Source of the DNA: Ascidiella aspersa
Lineage: Eukaryota
Direction of reading: 5' to 3'
Assembly: GCA_963924565.1 (NCBI GenBank)
Contig: OZ004609.1
Location: forward strand, 20,026,001 to 20,090,000
DNA: 64,000 nt
Every line of letters begins with the position of its first letter. Within the stretch, counting starts at the first letter, position 1. Both the position numbers and the translations under genes were made by a program. The notes below the pieces were generated by a model, which was given only the letters and a program-made list of their open reading frames with translations, made no database searches and was not told the DNA's origin. This document shows positions 26,007-37,900 of this stretch, piece by piece.

Positions 26007-29000
26007 CGCCTCTGGTAGTTGCCACAGTCTGTTGTTGCCTTTTCACACTGTTCAAACCGCCTGCCGCCCCGTTGATTCGCAATACTAGCCGTCGAGTGCC
26101 ATCAAAATATCTTCTTTCCCCCCGTTTTCTTCTCTTGCTACATTCTGTTTTCCATCGCGGAACGAGTACTAGGTAACCGCCTTCCCCACGATGAACTTCG
26201 TTGCCTGCGTTTTCTGATCTGTATTTTTTTCGTTTGCCCTTTATGCTAAGATAGCCACAGCAAAATTCCAGACGTTGGTCAGTCAGTCGGCCAGCCAGCC
26301 AGCCGCCGAGATGTAGCGATTTGTATTGATGAAGATGTCTTTGTTTTTTGACTACTACAACCACTACCAAGTTTGCAAATAAGCACCAAAGGAAACAGCC
26401 ACTGTGAAGCCCGAGTTGACAGTATTGTGCGGTAGAAACATCGAACCGATTGCAGCTTGTAGAAGCGTGTGTCCCTTTGTATATCTACACACCGTGTTAC
26501 ATCGACTATATTACATTCTTTCTCGCACACGAACAGTCCAGGTGCTGTCATCGTGTGTCTTTTGCCAACTATCCGTGATGCGACGTTGTTTTGTGTTGTG
26601 AAGTCACCAAGAGAAAAAATCTCCGTGACAAGACCTCTGAGCAACAAGCGACAAGTGCAGTCTGCGTTTTTATTCGGGACTGTGGGAATGTTACAGCGTT
26701 TTTTATGTCTATTCAGGCTGACATGGAATGGACCGTGTCAATAATATTGTTGCACGTAAAGAGCTTGTGCGTTGGATTGTTTATCATTTGCCATGTTCGT
26801 TGACGACCGCTACGATGCCTTACAATGTCTTTTCAAGTTACGTATGCGTCCTACATACTCTTGACAGTACCTATCTTTGCTGCAGGGCAATATACTGTCA
26901 GTCACCTTCCGTCAACGTTATCCAAATCCATCGAGTAAGTGTATGGGTTTGTTACCGACAACGTTGCACATGCCATGTCGGCATTCAGCAGTTATTTAGA
27001 ACAAGCCAATATGATTTTTTGCTGTTCCGTACGTCGTTTTATGACAGGTATCGTCACTTTTCCTTAAAGCTACATTTTTCCAACGTTCGACTGCTCGTAT
27101 ACACCTGACGCTTATTTATTGCAACAAGACGCTCGCCGGCGCAATTGTTTACCACTATTTATTTTCGTGGTGTTGTTCTGTGTTCCAAGCAGCCCACTTG
27201 CAACCTCTCCATTGTATTATATAGCTATAATATTTATGTAGTATATATATCTACGGGTGGCTTCCCTCCTTTCAGTTCGTTCTCGGCCTGGTTATTCCGC
27301 CGTCTCTTTTTCGGTTTTGACGAACTCCCGCATTTGTTGTTTATGGCGTGTTCTTTTGTTGTTGTCGTTGATCGGGTGGTGTTGGGTTCGTGTTGTGTTA
27401 GGCTCGGTAACGGTGGCGACACCGAAGCACTGTGTGCACTCGCCCAACCTCGGTCGTCTGCGTTCGTGTAACTGTGCGTTTGCTGATTGCTCCCTTAAAA
27501 GACCCCCCCTTCCCCCAGACCAGGCACAGGAAGACTTTACCCTATTCCTCAAAAACACAAACCTGATGTTCGACATGTAATTCAAATCGAATGATGTACT
27601 TTTTGCACTTTCACATGGCTAATACATAAAATCTCTCATTACGTTTTTTTTTCGGTAGATAATTAATCCTTAAGCAATATTGACTTTTTAAGCTCTCTGA
27701 TGTCAAAATGGCAAATATTCTGTAAAAAAAACTAATGTTGTGTTGGATGCTCTTATTTTTTTGGTCTATAGTTACTTGGGTTCGATTTCCAAATGATCCA
27801 AGTTTTCGATTGCCTTTTATCTCTTCAACTGAACCGAATTCAATTTACCACCGAGCGGCACTGTCAAATTGTACTTGTTAGTAGCTATCTAGATTTACTG
27901 AACTTTTTTCAACGCACAGCATCACCTAAATAACCTAACTCTACAAAACTTTTAGCGCGAGTTCTTCTTGGATAAAACTATAGCAGTGTTGATGTTTTAT
28001 GAATGATTTACATTCAATTACCTGAATTTGATTGCAAAATTATTTTTCCCAAAACGAACAGTGTCCCTATCCAAAGTATTTTACACCAGACCTGTATAAA
28101 GTTTTATTATTTCCCAAACTTTTGTTCGTTATTGATTTATAAAAAATCGGTTATCAAGCCTTGTAGTAACTTCATCCAATTATTGTTTGCCAAAGCGGTG
28201 CTTCGTTTGACAAATTAGGAAATGTTGAAGAGAATCCTTAGTGCCAGTAATAGTATAGCCGTAAGGCTGCAACGGCCGCGGCCAGCGTTTTACCGACAGA
28301 AAAATATGCAATTTAACCGTCGCGCTGTAAGGATACCCGCATGGCGCACGATCACAGAACTACTATAATGACATATTCGCCAACTATGTACATCTCTCTC
28401 GATTCTAATATGCACTTCTCCACTTGCGTGGCTCCGTTTATGAACTCTTTTTCCTTTTAACGCCACAGCAACCCCACAAACACACTTCCAACACCACAAA
28501 ACTATAGCAATTGAAGGCCACCAAATAAGATGGATCGTGTGCGGCCAGTCTTAAATCGTCCTTTAATACCAAGACTGTACAATTAATACTCCGCTTTTCA
28601 CAACAGAGACCGTCAAAAGCATTTCTTTGTTATTTTATTGGTGAGGTTTTATCGCGGATTTCCATTCTACTGTTTTCCCGATATATGTTCCCGCTTTTAC
28701 TGTAAACTACCACACACGATCGACAATTCCAATCACGCCTCGTTTGTCATGCTGGGGCGGTTTTCCACAACTTGTTTCTTTGTGAGAACTACGGTATTTC
28801 TGTCCGAAGGTTACGTCGCGACCCCTGTGCTTTCTTTTTTGTCAAGTGATAGCTTATTATATTCAACCTGAGCACCCTTATGAGTTGCCGTTTAACACCC
28901 ATCGCTCATATAGCGCCCCGTCCGAGGCAACCTGGTTTTAGCCAACCGATTCTCAAACCGAAATTTTATTGCGCTTTATTTTCGGTTTCCAAGGTCACCG

Positions 29001-29365
29001 AAAAGGTACAGGTTTTTGCACACCACTGCTTCATCCCCATTATTCCCCCCTCCCGGGGTCCGCTAGGCTTCTCGCAATGTGTTGTACAAGCGCGCGTGTG
29101 TAGGATATAGAGAAACAGTTTGTGGCGGTTTGCGCGTCGTTTTGGAAACACAGTTTTGACTGAATGTCATTGTCGTCTGCCTTTTTCGCTGTCATTTGCC
29201 TTATACAATGGTGTGCTCTCTATTCCTCTACCGCTTGTGCAAATCCGATGCTTTACTCTCGTCTTCTCCCCCTTTTTCCGTTGTCGTCATGTTCGGTTAT
29301 TTTTTTGAAATGCACGTTTCATTTTTCCGCCCCGCGACGAATTCAGTGCTGGAAGGCTTATAACA

Positions 29366-29371
29366 AATAAA
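29366..29371 (+). terminator. Candidate distal polyadenylation signal of the AFF gene
   Basis: First canonical AATAAA that I could find after the AFF stop at 26006. Variant signals (AATACA/CATAAA) occur near 27621. Confidence 0.4.
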
Positions 29372-30284
29372 ATTTATCAAAAAAAATATTGAATTTTGCG
29401 AAACACGCAGTATTCCGATTGTATAGCGGAAAAACAGTTGTGAAAGAAATCATAAGTAACTGCAAACGCCGTCTCGGCCAATCGCATCTAGATATTACTA
29501 TAATCTAGTACCCAGGATCGAATTAATTTGGTTTAACGATTGTGCACTATTAATGTACTTGCTATAAAAAAACGATTTAAATTAAAACGAAAAACGATCG
29601 ATTTCTTGATAAGGTTTAAACGAGCCATTTCGTTTTTGGAAAAGGTTTTTCCTGAAGTATAATTTACGTGGCAGTCGGCTACCGCGCGAGGAGGGTTTGC
29701 TCTGCGAAATAGTCAACAGAAAAACTCTTGAAAGAAGGAAAACAGAAGTCTCCACAGAATTGTCGTTTAGTTAAAAATATAATTGGAATTATTTTGGAGT
29801 TGCATCTGACAATATTTTACACGTTTTGTCTTCCGGTAATATGCCGCGTAAGGAAGAATTAGGCCTAATGTTTTACTTGTGTTTTGTGAAAATCGTTTCC
29901 TCCCAAAGGCAAAGGCGCCGTGTTATCATGGCAGGTTTTTTTTGTAAGCCTGAGCTGGATAACAATATGTGACTCGCACTATTTCCAAAATTAAATTTCT
30001 GTTTGATCAATATGGTATTCTAGTAAAATGCAATTATTTTTGTTTTGCGCGAAATCAATAAGCCTCTAGACATTGTGTTGTAAATTAACCCTCCTAAATT
30101 TTTTGCGAAATCATCTTGATAAAAGCTATACTATCCAGCATTGTGCTCAAATTTTAGTTATGTGTGAATGTGCCCAATTTGTCAATAGTCTGTTCTTAAA
30201 GCAGCGATGAAAGTAAAAAAATGTTTTACCGCAACGCATAAAGAAAAGATGCCACAAAGTTGCGTCATATTGAGACGTCTAAAA

Positions 30285-30512
30285 CAGGGAGTCGAACCGG
30301 AACCGACATTTTTAGATTTAACGCAACTTATATTGTATCCGAATTGGAACTTAATGAACCGCTTTTGATATAACGACGGTCGAATCGGAGCTGAACCAGA
30401 ACTTTTAAATTGCTCGAAACCGAACCGGAACTGAACCGGATTCCGAAAATATCCTTGAACCCAAAACGAACCTTAACCGGAAAAGTCAAACGGTTCGACT
30501 CCCTAGTCCCTG
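30285..30512. mobile_element. hAT-type MITE with GAACCG subterminal repeats (intergenic)
   Basis: TIR cagggagtcgaaccg...cggttcgactccct(agtccct)g, with gaaccg/gaaccgga repeats. TSD gtctaaaa/gtctaaat (7/8). Confidence 0.8.
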
Positions 30513-31304
30513 GTCTAAATTTCCAAAACAAGTAACTTTCACAAACTTTTCACAAACGGTCGATGTCGTACACCTTTATGCGACTGAAATAATTTAAATA
30601 CAGGATTTTACGGAACGGCTTTGCAAAAAAGGACATGGCCTCGTAAAATAAAACATTTTACCGGTACGCAATTGGTTTTGAAATAACTATGGTCGAGCCG
30701 TTATTATCAGGCAAATATTGTTTCTATGTTGATGTACTGGAGCCAGTGCCTACTGGAGCGAATCAAACTTTTCCCGCAAGATTAGAATACAATCGCCACC
30801 ATAATTGGCAAACACACAATGAAAAGCAACGGTATCTAAAGCAGACCGTAGTATGACCAACGAAATAATAAAGTAAAAACGCTACAACAATTCACTCGAA
30901 GAGGGTGTCGTATAATTTGCCCACCCACAATTGGTGGAAACGATCCACCACAATGCTGTATTCGGCGCTGGTCTAGAATCTTATCACATTTTCGTTCGGG
31001 GGTTTCTATTGCTAACACTACTTGGGTAAGGGTGCAAGTTTGGATTTGGGTGGGTCAAGTATTATTATTTATTTTTTCTCCCTTGCGATTTTAGTTTTGA
31101 CAACTCATTTCGTTACTGTAAAAAAAGTAGCAGATTCTACACCAGTCCCCTATATTCCATTTTATTGTGCACATGCTTATGTCTTATTGGAACTGGGGTG
31201 GTCATGCTTAGTCTTACTGAATTCTCTCAAGTCCATCGCAGGGTCCTACTATGACTCCACAGCCCAAGCTGCTTTTTGACCAACGATTACGGCTTCTGTA
31301 TTAT

Positions 31305-31553
31305 TAGTACACCTAAAGCCATCGCAGACTAAAAGAGTCTGTTGATCAATGATGCAAGCAGGGCAGGCTAGAAAAACAACTAGCCTGCAATGAGGTTCAA
31401 ACTCACAACTTCCAGTCATACCGGGACCGTCTCTCGACCAAACTGAGCTACACAGGCTCAGAATGAACAAGTCAAAAAACAACCATACGCCAATGCCTGC
31501 TTGCATCATTGATTGACAGACTCGATGAGTCTGCGATGGCTTTCTGTTTACTA
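31305..31553. mobile_element. Non-autonomous inverted-repeat element (~58-bp imperfect arms) carrying a tRNA-derived cassette
   Basis: The left arm tagtacacctaaagccatcgcagactaaaagagtctgttgatcaatgatgcaagcagg (31305-31362) is the near reverse complement of the right arm cctgcttgcatcattgattgacagactcgatgagtctgcgatggctttctgtttacta (31496-31553). No clear 8-bp TSD. Confidence 0.75.
31382..31457 (-). pseudogene. tRNA-like cloverleaf (Thr-type GGT anticodon), decayed; Pol III A/B boxes and T5 terminator
   Basis: The reverse complement reads GCCTGTG TA GCTC AGTTTGGTCGA GAG A CGGTC CCGGTAT GACTG GAAGTT GTGAG TTTGAAC CTCAT TGCAGGC T. It has a 7-bp acceptor stem, an A-box TAGCTCAGTTTGG, a 5-bp anticodon stem and a 5-bp T stem. 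It deviates at U33 (C) and C56 (T), so it is not a canonical tRNA. TTTTT follows at 31376-31372. Confidence 0.7.
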
Positions 31554-31937
31554 AAGTTTAGGCAACTCTGTGTAACATTTTCCTTTTTGTATTAATGCAA
31601 GATGTTAATCTTAAGTAAAATACAACTAAATTTTAGGAAATTACAAATATAATTTTAAAAGTATTCTGCAACCCAGAGTGAACGACCCAGACTCACTATT
31701 TGGTGTCCCCTCTTTTAGATGTTCATTATCTTGTTGCTGATTTTTTTAGTTTTAATATATTTGATTATATTTTTTCTATGGTTTTTAGTTTAGATTTAAA
31801 TAATATGAAAATGAGCTTTCCCATGGGATAGTAAAACCTATTTTATTAATAAGTTTGTACTAAATTGTGCTGTAACAAACTTCATTCCATTTATTTTCCT
31901 GGAAGTTCTCTTACACTTATTCTATCAAATGCACGGC

Positions 31938-34900
31938 ATGATTGTATCACTGGAGCCAAAAGAATTTGTTTCTTGTGGGCAACAGGCATATAGCCAACAC
32001 CCAGGTAAGTACCTTAACTACACAAAAATTAACAAATAAATAAAATTAAGATTTAAATGTTTTTTCTCGGTCATGCCCCTTGTGTGAAATGTATAAAAAC
32101 AAATCTTTTTTTATATTTGTTGACTGCAAACGTTTAAAGTTTACCCTGTGAAAAGCAACTAATTGGGTCGTTTAAACGTTTGAGAACAAATACAATAACC
32201 TGAGAAGCTGGTTAATTTTTTATGCACATAAATTTTGCTAACTGTCAATGTATTTTTTTAAAAACATTTCTATTCTGATTTTTGACAGGTTTGCTCTGTT
32301 TGCATTTTAACCAAGCCAACAATTTAAACAGCACACAAAGTACTCTTCTTGGTACATTTAGCCAAGTCACCTTAAATGATAGGACTGAAGTAAGTATATT
32401 GTATTCTATAAATGATTTTTCTATAAAATTCTATCAAAGATTTTCTTTTTAATTTATTTAAAGATCACTAATAAGAAAAAAAAGCTTGAGTTTGCAAAAA
32501 AAAATATTTGTCCAAATTAAGGATAATAAACCTAGGCAGAGCATCATACTTCCCATTTACTTTTTCTTGAAAGTATTCTGATAGATGCAAAATGGAATTA
32601 TGGTGTGATTTGCCTTTGAAGATTGAAATGATGAATTTTTGAGAACTTCTGCTTTTGGCAGTCACTTAAAAGGTTTAAATTTTTTGTTATAGAATGCAGA
32701 TATATGGCAAATGCGAATGTATAATGGTCTGGAAGAGGAGTTGTATTTGTCAGGCAATACCGTGATTTGGAGTCGTGAACATGTCGTGCTTAAGACGTTT
32801 ACGGTTGATTCTGCTGTTAAACAGGTATTTACCCCATTTTTTTATTCTACGTCTTAAGTTAGAACTATGATAATAATAAGTGTAGATTAGTCGTGAAATA
32901 AGCATTCCATTTTTTATTACTCTGCTGTGTTAAGTAAATAATCTGACTTCAACTGCTCTGCTCATTAGTGACACTAGACACACCTTTACATGTATACATA
33001 TAATACTGTTGAAAGTTAAATATTTTTTTTTTTTAAGTATTTGAAGTCAATATATATTTAATTTTTGTTGGAAAGCCTTGTGCTTTCCCAAATTGGAAAA
33101 TGTCATGAAAATGTTTTTTCAATGGTCTGTTCGTCAAAAGCAATCATTTTTAAAGTGGGCCTACAAGTTATTTTATTATCAGCGATAAAGTACTGAACTG
33201 GTTGTTCTACAATCTATTTAATACTAAAACAAAAATGTTCCATAGAGACAAGAACAGTAATTGAACTGCCATGATATAAAACCTATTTCACTAAGACTTT
33301 TTTGTTGTTTCGAACGTTCACATAACTTATGTGCAGATTATTTTGTTGTAACCTGAATGTTCTGTGATAATTGTATTGTCACTTTTCAATCACTGATTTA
33401 TACAATGTCATTGAAACATCATTGTTATTTTTTGAGCTTGTTGTTGTTATTATAATATTACATGCACAGTTGATACAAGAAGGTTTTGCAACATAAATAT
33501 TACTGTACTGAATTGCCTTTATTGATAAAACATTTTTAGGCTGTGTGGTGCAAGTTTTCAGTGAATGGCGAAGACCCACATCAGTTTGACCTGCCCAAAC
33601 CAAAGTCCTATGCAGCTGTTGACGGGGTGTCTGTAGTTGCTGATGGGACACTGCATGTCTTTAGCGAAGATGGTGACAACTTTGTAACCTCCCTACCTTT
33701 CCAGGTTTGTGTATAGTATAAGATTTTTATATGACAAAGTAACTAATTTATATAACAGATATATCTTGCTTCCTTGCAATTTAACCGACCATGCTTAGGA
33801 AAATATTATGGCCAAATTCTGTATTGATATCACATTGAACAAAGTTAAGGCTTATACGTCTTAAGTTTCAAACAATTATCTAGTGGAAATTATGCAGTTT
33901 GATGTTAAGCTGTATTTATCACATCAAAGTTTCAAGTAAAGTTTTGCAGGGCCTTTCATTTTAGGCAAAATTTTCTCTTTCTATTTAGGTGTGCAATCAG
34001 GTTTGGCCTATGATGGAATGTTTTAAATTTTTTTTTCATAATAAAAACTTTTTTATAGTACGCTTAATCTTTTTATCTATTTTATTTCTGGTTATATTTA
34101 TATTGATGCCATGTTTAACTTTTTTTACTTTTTATGTATATATTTGCCTTTTGTTTGTTTGTTTTTGTATTTTTTTAATAATATTTTAAATATCATGTCT
34201 TAGGTACGCGATGTATGGAATTTTAAATATGGTCTTTTGTTTGAGAGAATGAATTTATCTAGTAACAAGTCAAAAGTATCAGGGAACGGTGGATTGACTG
34301 ACAATGATCTAACCACAATATTTTGCCTGCAACATCCTTTAAGGGAGTTTTCTCCCATTATTCTTAAAAATCACGGTAAGAATAAAAGCCTTTAAATTTG
34401 TTTTGTTTTTTTACATTGTTGATATAATTATAATTCTAAAAGTGTGTTGACACCTTTTACAAATGCGTGAATAGTCACAAATAACTTTTATTGTTATCTT
34501 CATAACATTTTTTTTATTTTTTTGTTGTTCCAAATCTTTACAATACCATTAACCATTTGAGAAAATAATCATGTGTTTCCAGGAATAGTGAGATACATGA
34601 ACAGATCTCATGTTACTGTTGTGCACTGCCAAGATGACTTTATTATGACGTGTGATGAGCGTCATGGTTTGCACACAATCTGGAAAGCGAGACAAGTATG
34701 TCTTAATGACATTAATGCACTGCAGCCTGCCAAGCCACAACATCAACAGCATCAGGTTGGGATTTCTAAAAGTATTTTTTTGCTTTTAAGGCATAAATGT
34801 GTAATATCTCCTGACATCCTACTTTCAAAACAAACCTACAAACGTCCTGAGATACTATAACATTGAACAAAAAGCTTAGTGGTATGGTTAAAGTGTCTAT

Positions 34901-37900
34901 CAGTATGTATACCGTATCTATGTTAATGTTAGTCACAAATTTGTTTGGCTGTTAGGAGTATGTTTTAAAAAATGACCTGTAAAAAAATTTTGAACCTCTG
35001 ACTGACTTTGCAATTGCAGATTAGCAGTCTGTGCCATATGTCACTCTCCAGTCCAGGATTGTCGCCATATCGAGGGGGCAGCTACCGTGGATCACCAATC
35101 GGTTACAACTCATCTAATATGGGTCAGTCAGGACACATGCAAATATCCGGGCTTAACAAGACCCCATTGGCCAATCGTGGCAATCCATCATTAGCTCACC
35201 TTTCTTACACCCCACATTCAAGCAAAGCATTTTCTCCGGGATCCATGCTGTTACAAAGGTTAGTTTGGTGTTCATTTTATTTTGTTTAAGATCTTACATT
35301 CAACCTTTTTTATATGAAACGGTAGCCATCTATAGAGCTGAGCATTTACAAATCAGCAAATTGTCTTTTTTTGTTAAGAATTTGGCAATAATATTTTTAA
35401 TGTAGTGTCATAAAATGTTTAATTTTACAGTAACACATTTTCTCCACTGCGTCACTCACCACATTTGACGAGATCTCCATGCACACCACTGTCGCACGAG
35501 TCATTATGCCTCAACAACAGTATTCATGAAGCAGCAGAGCCATTGAGGCCGGAGTTGTGTTTCGAACACATGTGGACTGAATCCCTCTCAAGCACAAGAG
35601 AGGGCCTTAGCGTTGGTATTAGATTTTTTATTGTTGACAATTAGGTCTGTTTGGAATCTTTTTTGAAAATTCAAATAAAAATTCTTATCATCTCCTCAAT
35701 TTATTGGTATTTGCTATTAACAGAAAAAAAACATTAGTCCCAAATGAAAATTTCATTTTTTGTATTCATGTTTTTTTTTTTTCGGTAATCATGTAATGTT
35801 GCCCAACGCTAGTGTGCCTTTAATTTCAGGCAAGGCAACTAAAGTGTTTCAGACTGCAGATTTGTGCAATCAGACTTACCTGGCCTATCATATTGACGGT
35901 TTGTCACAGCTGCGTGTGGTTCGTTACAGTCAGAGTAACGACAAGACTCAGCTAATCTTCGGCGCAGTAACCTGTATCCAAGCAAGGGATGCAGCCGCTC
36001 TAGTGGTAAGCCATGTTTGTATATGGATGACTTACCACCAGTCAGATAAAATCATTTTACAAAGAATTTTGTCTCTTATTTAAGTTTTGATTTTTGTAGT
36101 AATATTTGTTTAATTTAGACTGTATTAAAATACTTTATTTTATGGAGGACCACAACATGTTTGCCATTTTGGACTTGAATGGTTGTTTGGTGTTGCACTC
36201 GGGATACTGCAAGGTGGTCAAAATTAATGTCAGTGGCCTTCCCCTGGCCTCTCTAAACATGTCCCATGGTCTGCGTACCAACACCTCTGTTCCAGTGACC
36301 CCACAGCCCATTAGCACCCCAGCCCACCCAAGTAGGCCTACAAGTGCTATGGGAAGCTTGGATGAGGTGAATTGTAATGTATTTATTCCTACACATCTTT
36401 TGCCTAAATCAGTGGTTCTCAAACTCTTTTGGCTGGCGTTACACAAATTTTTTTTTTAACTATTTTGTGGCACACTTTTAACAGAACAACAATGGAGTAA
36501 TTTTACTGTCGCCCTTACACACAACAAACTATATGTAAGTAATGAATAGATCATATTTAAGTCTAAAATGCTTGCATGTATGTCTATTGGTAATACAAAT
36601 ACTTTATTTCCGAAGTTACAAAAAGTTTGTCGGCACACTTGACAAACTCTTGAGGCACACTAGTGTGCCGCAGCACACAGTTGGGAATCACTGGTCTAAA
36701 TACTAGTCTTGTAATGACTCAAGTCAACGACTTGGCTTAAGTGCACCTCAGTCACTGTTTTCAAATGACTTGACTGGACTTGACTTCAATATTTTGGGCA
36801 AAATTAATTACTTGACTTAAGTCGTTTGGACAAATGGCTTGAAGCGTTAAAATAAAGTGTCTTTATTAGGCATAGTTAAAATTGGGTTATTTATGTTTTT
36901 CCAATAAAACTATTTGCTTGTTATATGTTGCGTTATGGGCTATTTTTTACTTTCCATATCAGACAAATTTACCAATTTTAGTAGTTTAACATTTAGTTTT
37001 TATGATAAGGACTTGACTTGGAATTGCTTGTGACTTTACTTGTAATTTTTTCAAAAACACTTGCCTTGGACTTAAGTTATTAAACAAATGACTTGACTGG
37101 GACTTGAGTTTTTTTATATACCTTGTTTCGAACACTGCTGAATACTTTTAAATAAGTCGTTGGTATTTTTGGCTTAATAATAAAATACTACAATTTTACA
37201 CCAAAATTAGATCCACATTGAATTAAACATATGTATTTAAATTGCGCAGTTTAAAATCCTTATTAAAAAGTTAGTTTTATTTAACAAGATCAGCTGAGCG
37301 CTTTATATGTATTTTATGTGTTTTGATGTCAGTGATCTTATAAATTGTCCGCTCATCCCTAATATTATTACCACAGGTTGGTTTGCTTTCGCCAGTACCG
37401 GAATTGGCTTACAGTGGAGACGGAATCAGCATACTTACTAACGATGAGTTTGCTTACTCTGCAACCCCGTTTACATCCCGCTTGACTGGTATTCCTCATG
37501 TTGTTGGACCAACTATGATATTGGAAGTCACTGGTGGAAAGCTGTATCGTGTCAATATACCTGCAATGTGTTCCTCAGACTTAGGTATTGTTATCACTTT
37601 AATTTATTTTTTTCACTTTTTGTTTAATTTTGCTCTGAATTCACTCATGAAAATAAATCTTTTTTTAAATAAGACCTTGTGGATGTGGTAAACCATATTT
37701 TCTGTATTTTAGCCTGCACCTAAGGTTTTTGTGCGACTAGTCCACAAATGAGTTGTGGTACTGATATTAGAGAGTCATGTTAATTTAACCCTAATCAATA
37801 AAGAAAAGCCCCCTAAAACAGGCATGTTTACTTTTGATGCTACGCTTCCTATATTTAGATGTATTTTTTTTCAAATATTTTCAAGATCGTAACAAAGACA

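Noticed and set aside
27776-27793. T-arm-like hairpin ttgggttcgatttccaa
   Set aside because: No A box, D arm or acceptor stem upstream.
31382-31457. Functional tRNA-Thr gene
   Set aside because: C at position 33, T-loop TTTGAAC instead of TTCGAAC, an imperfect D stem and embedding in an inverted-repeat element. Reported as tRNA-derived instead.
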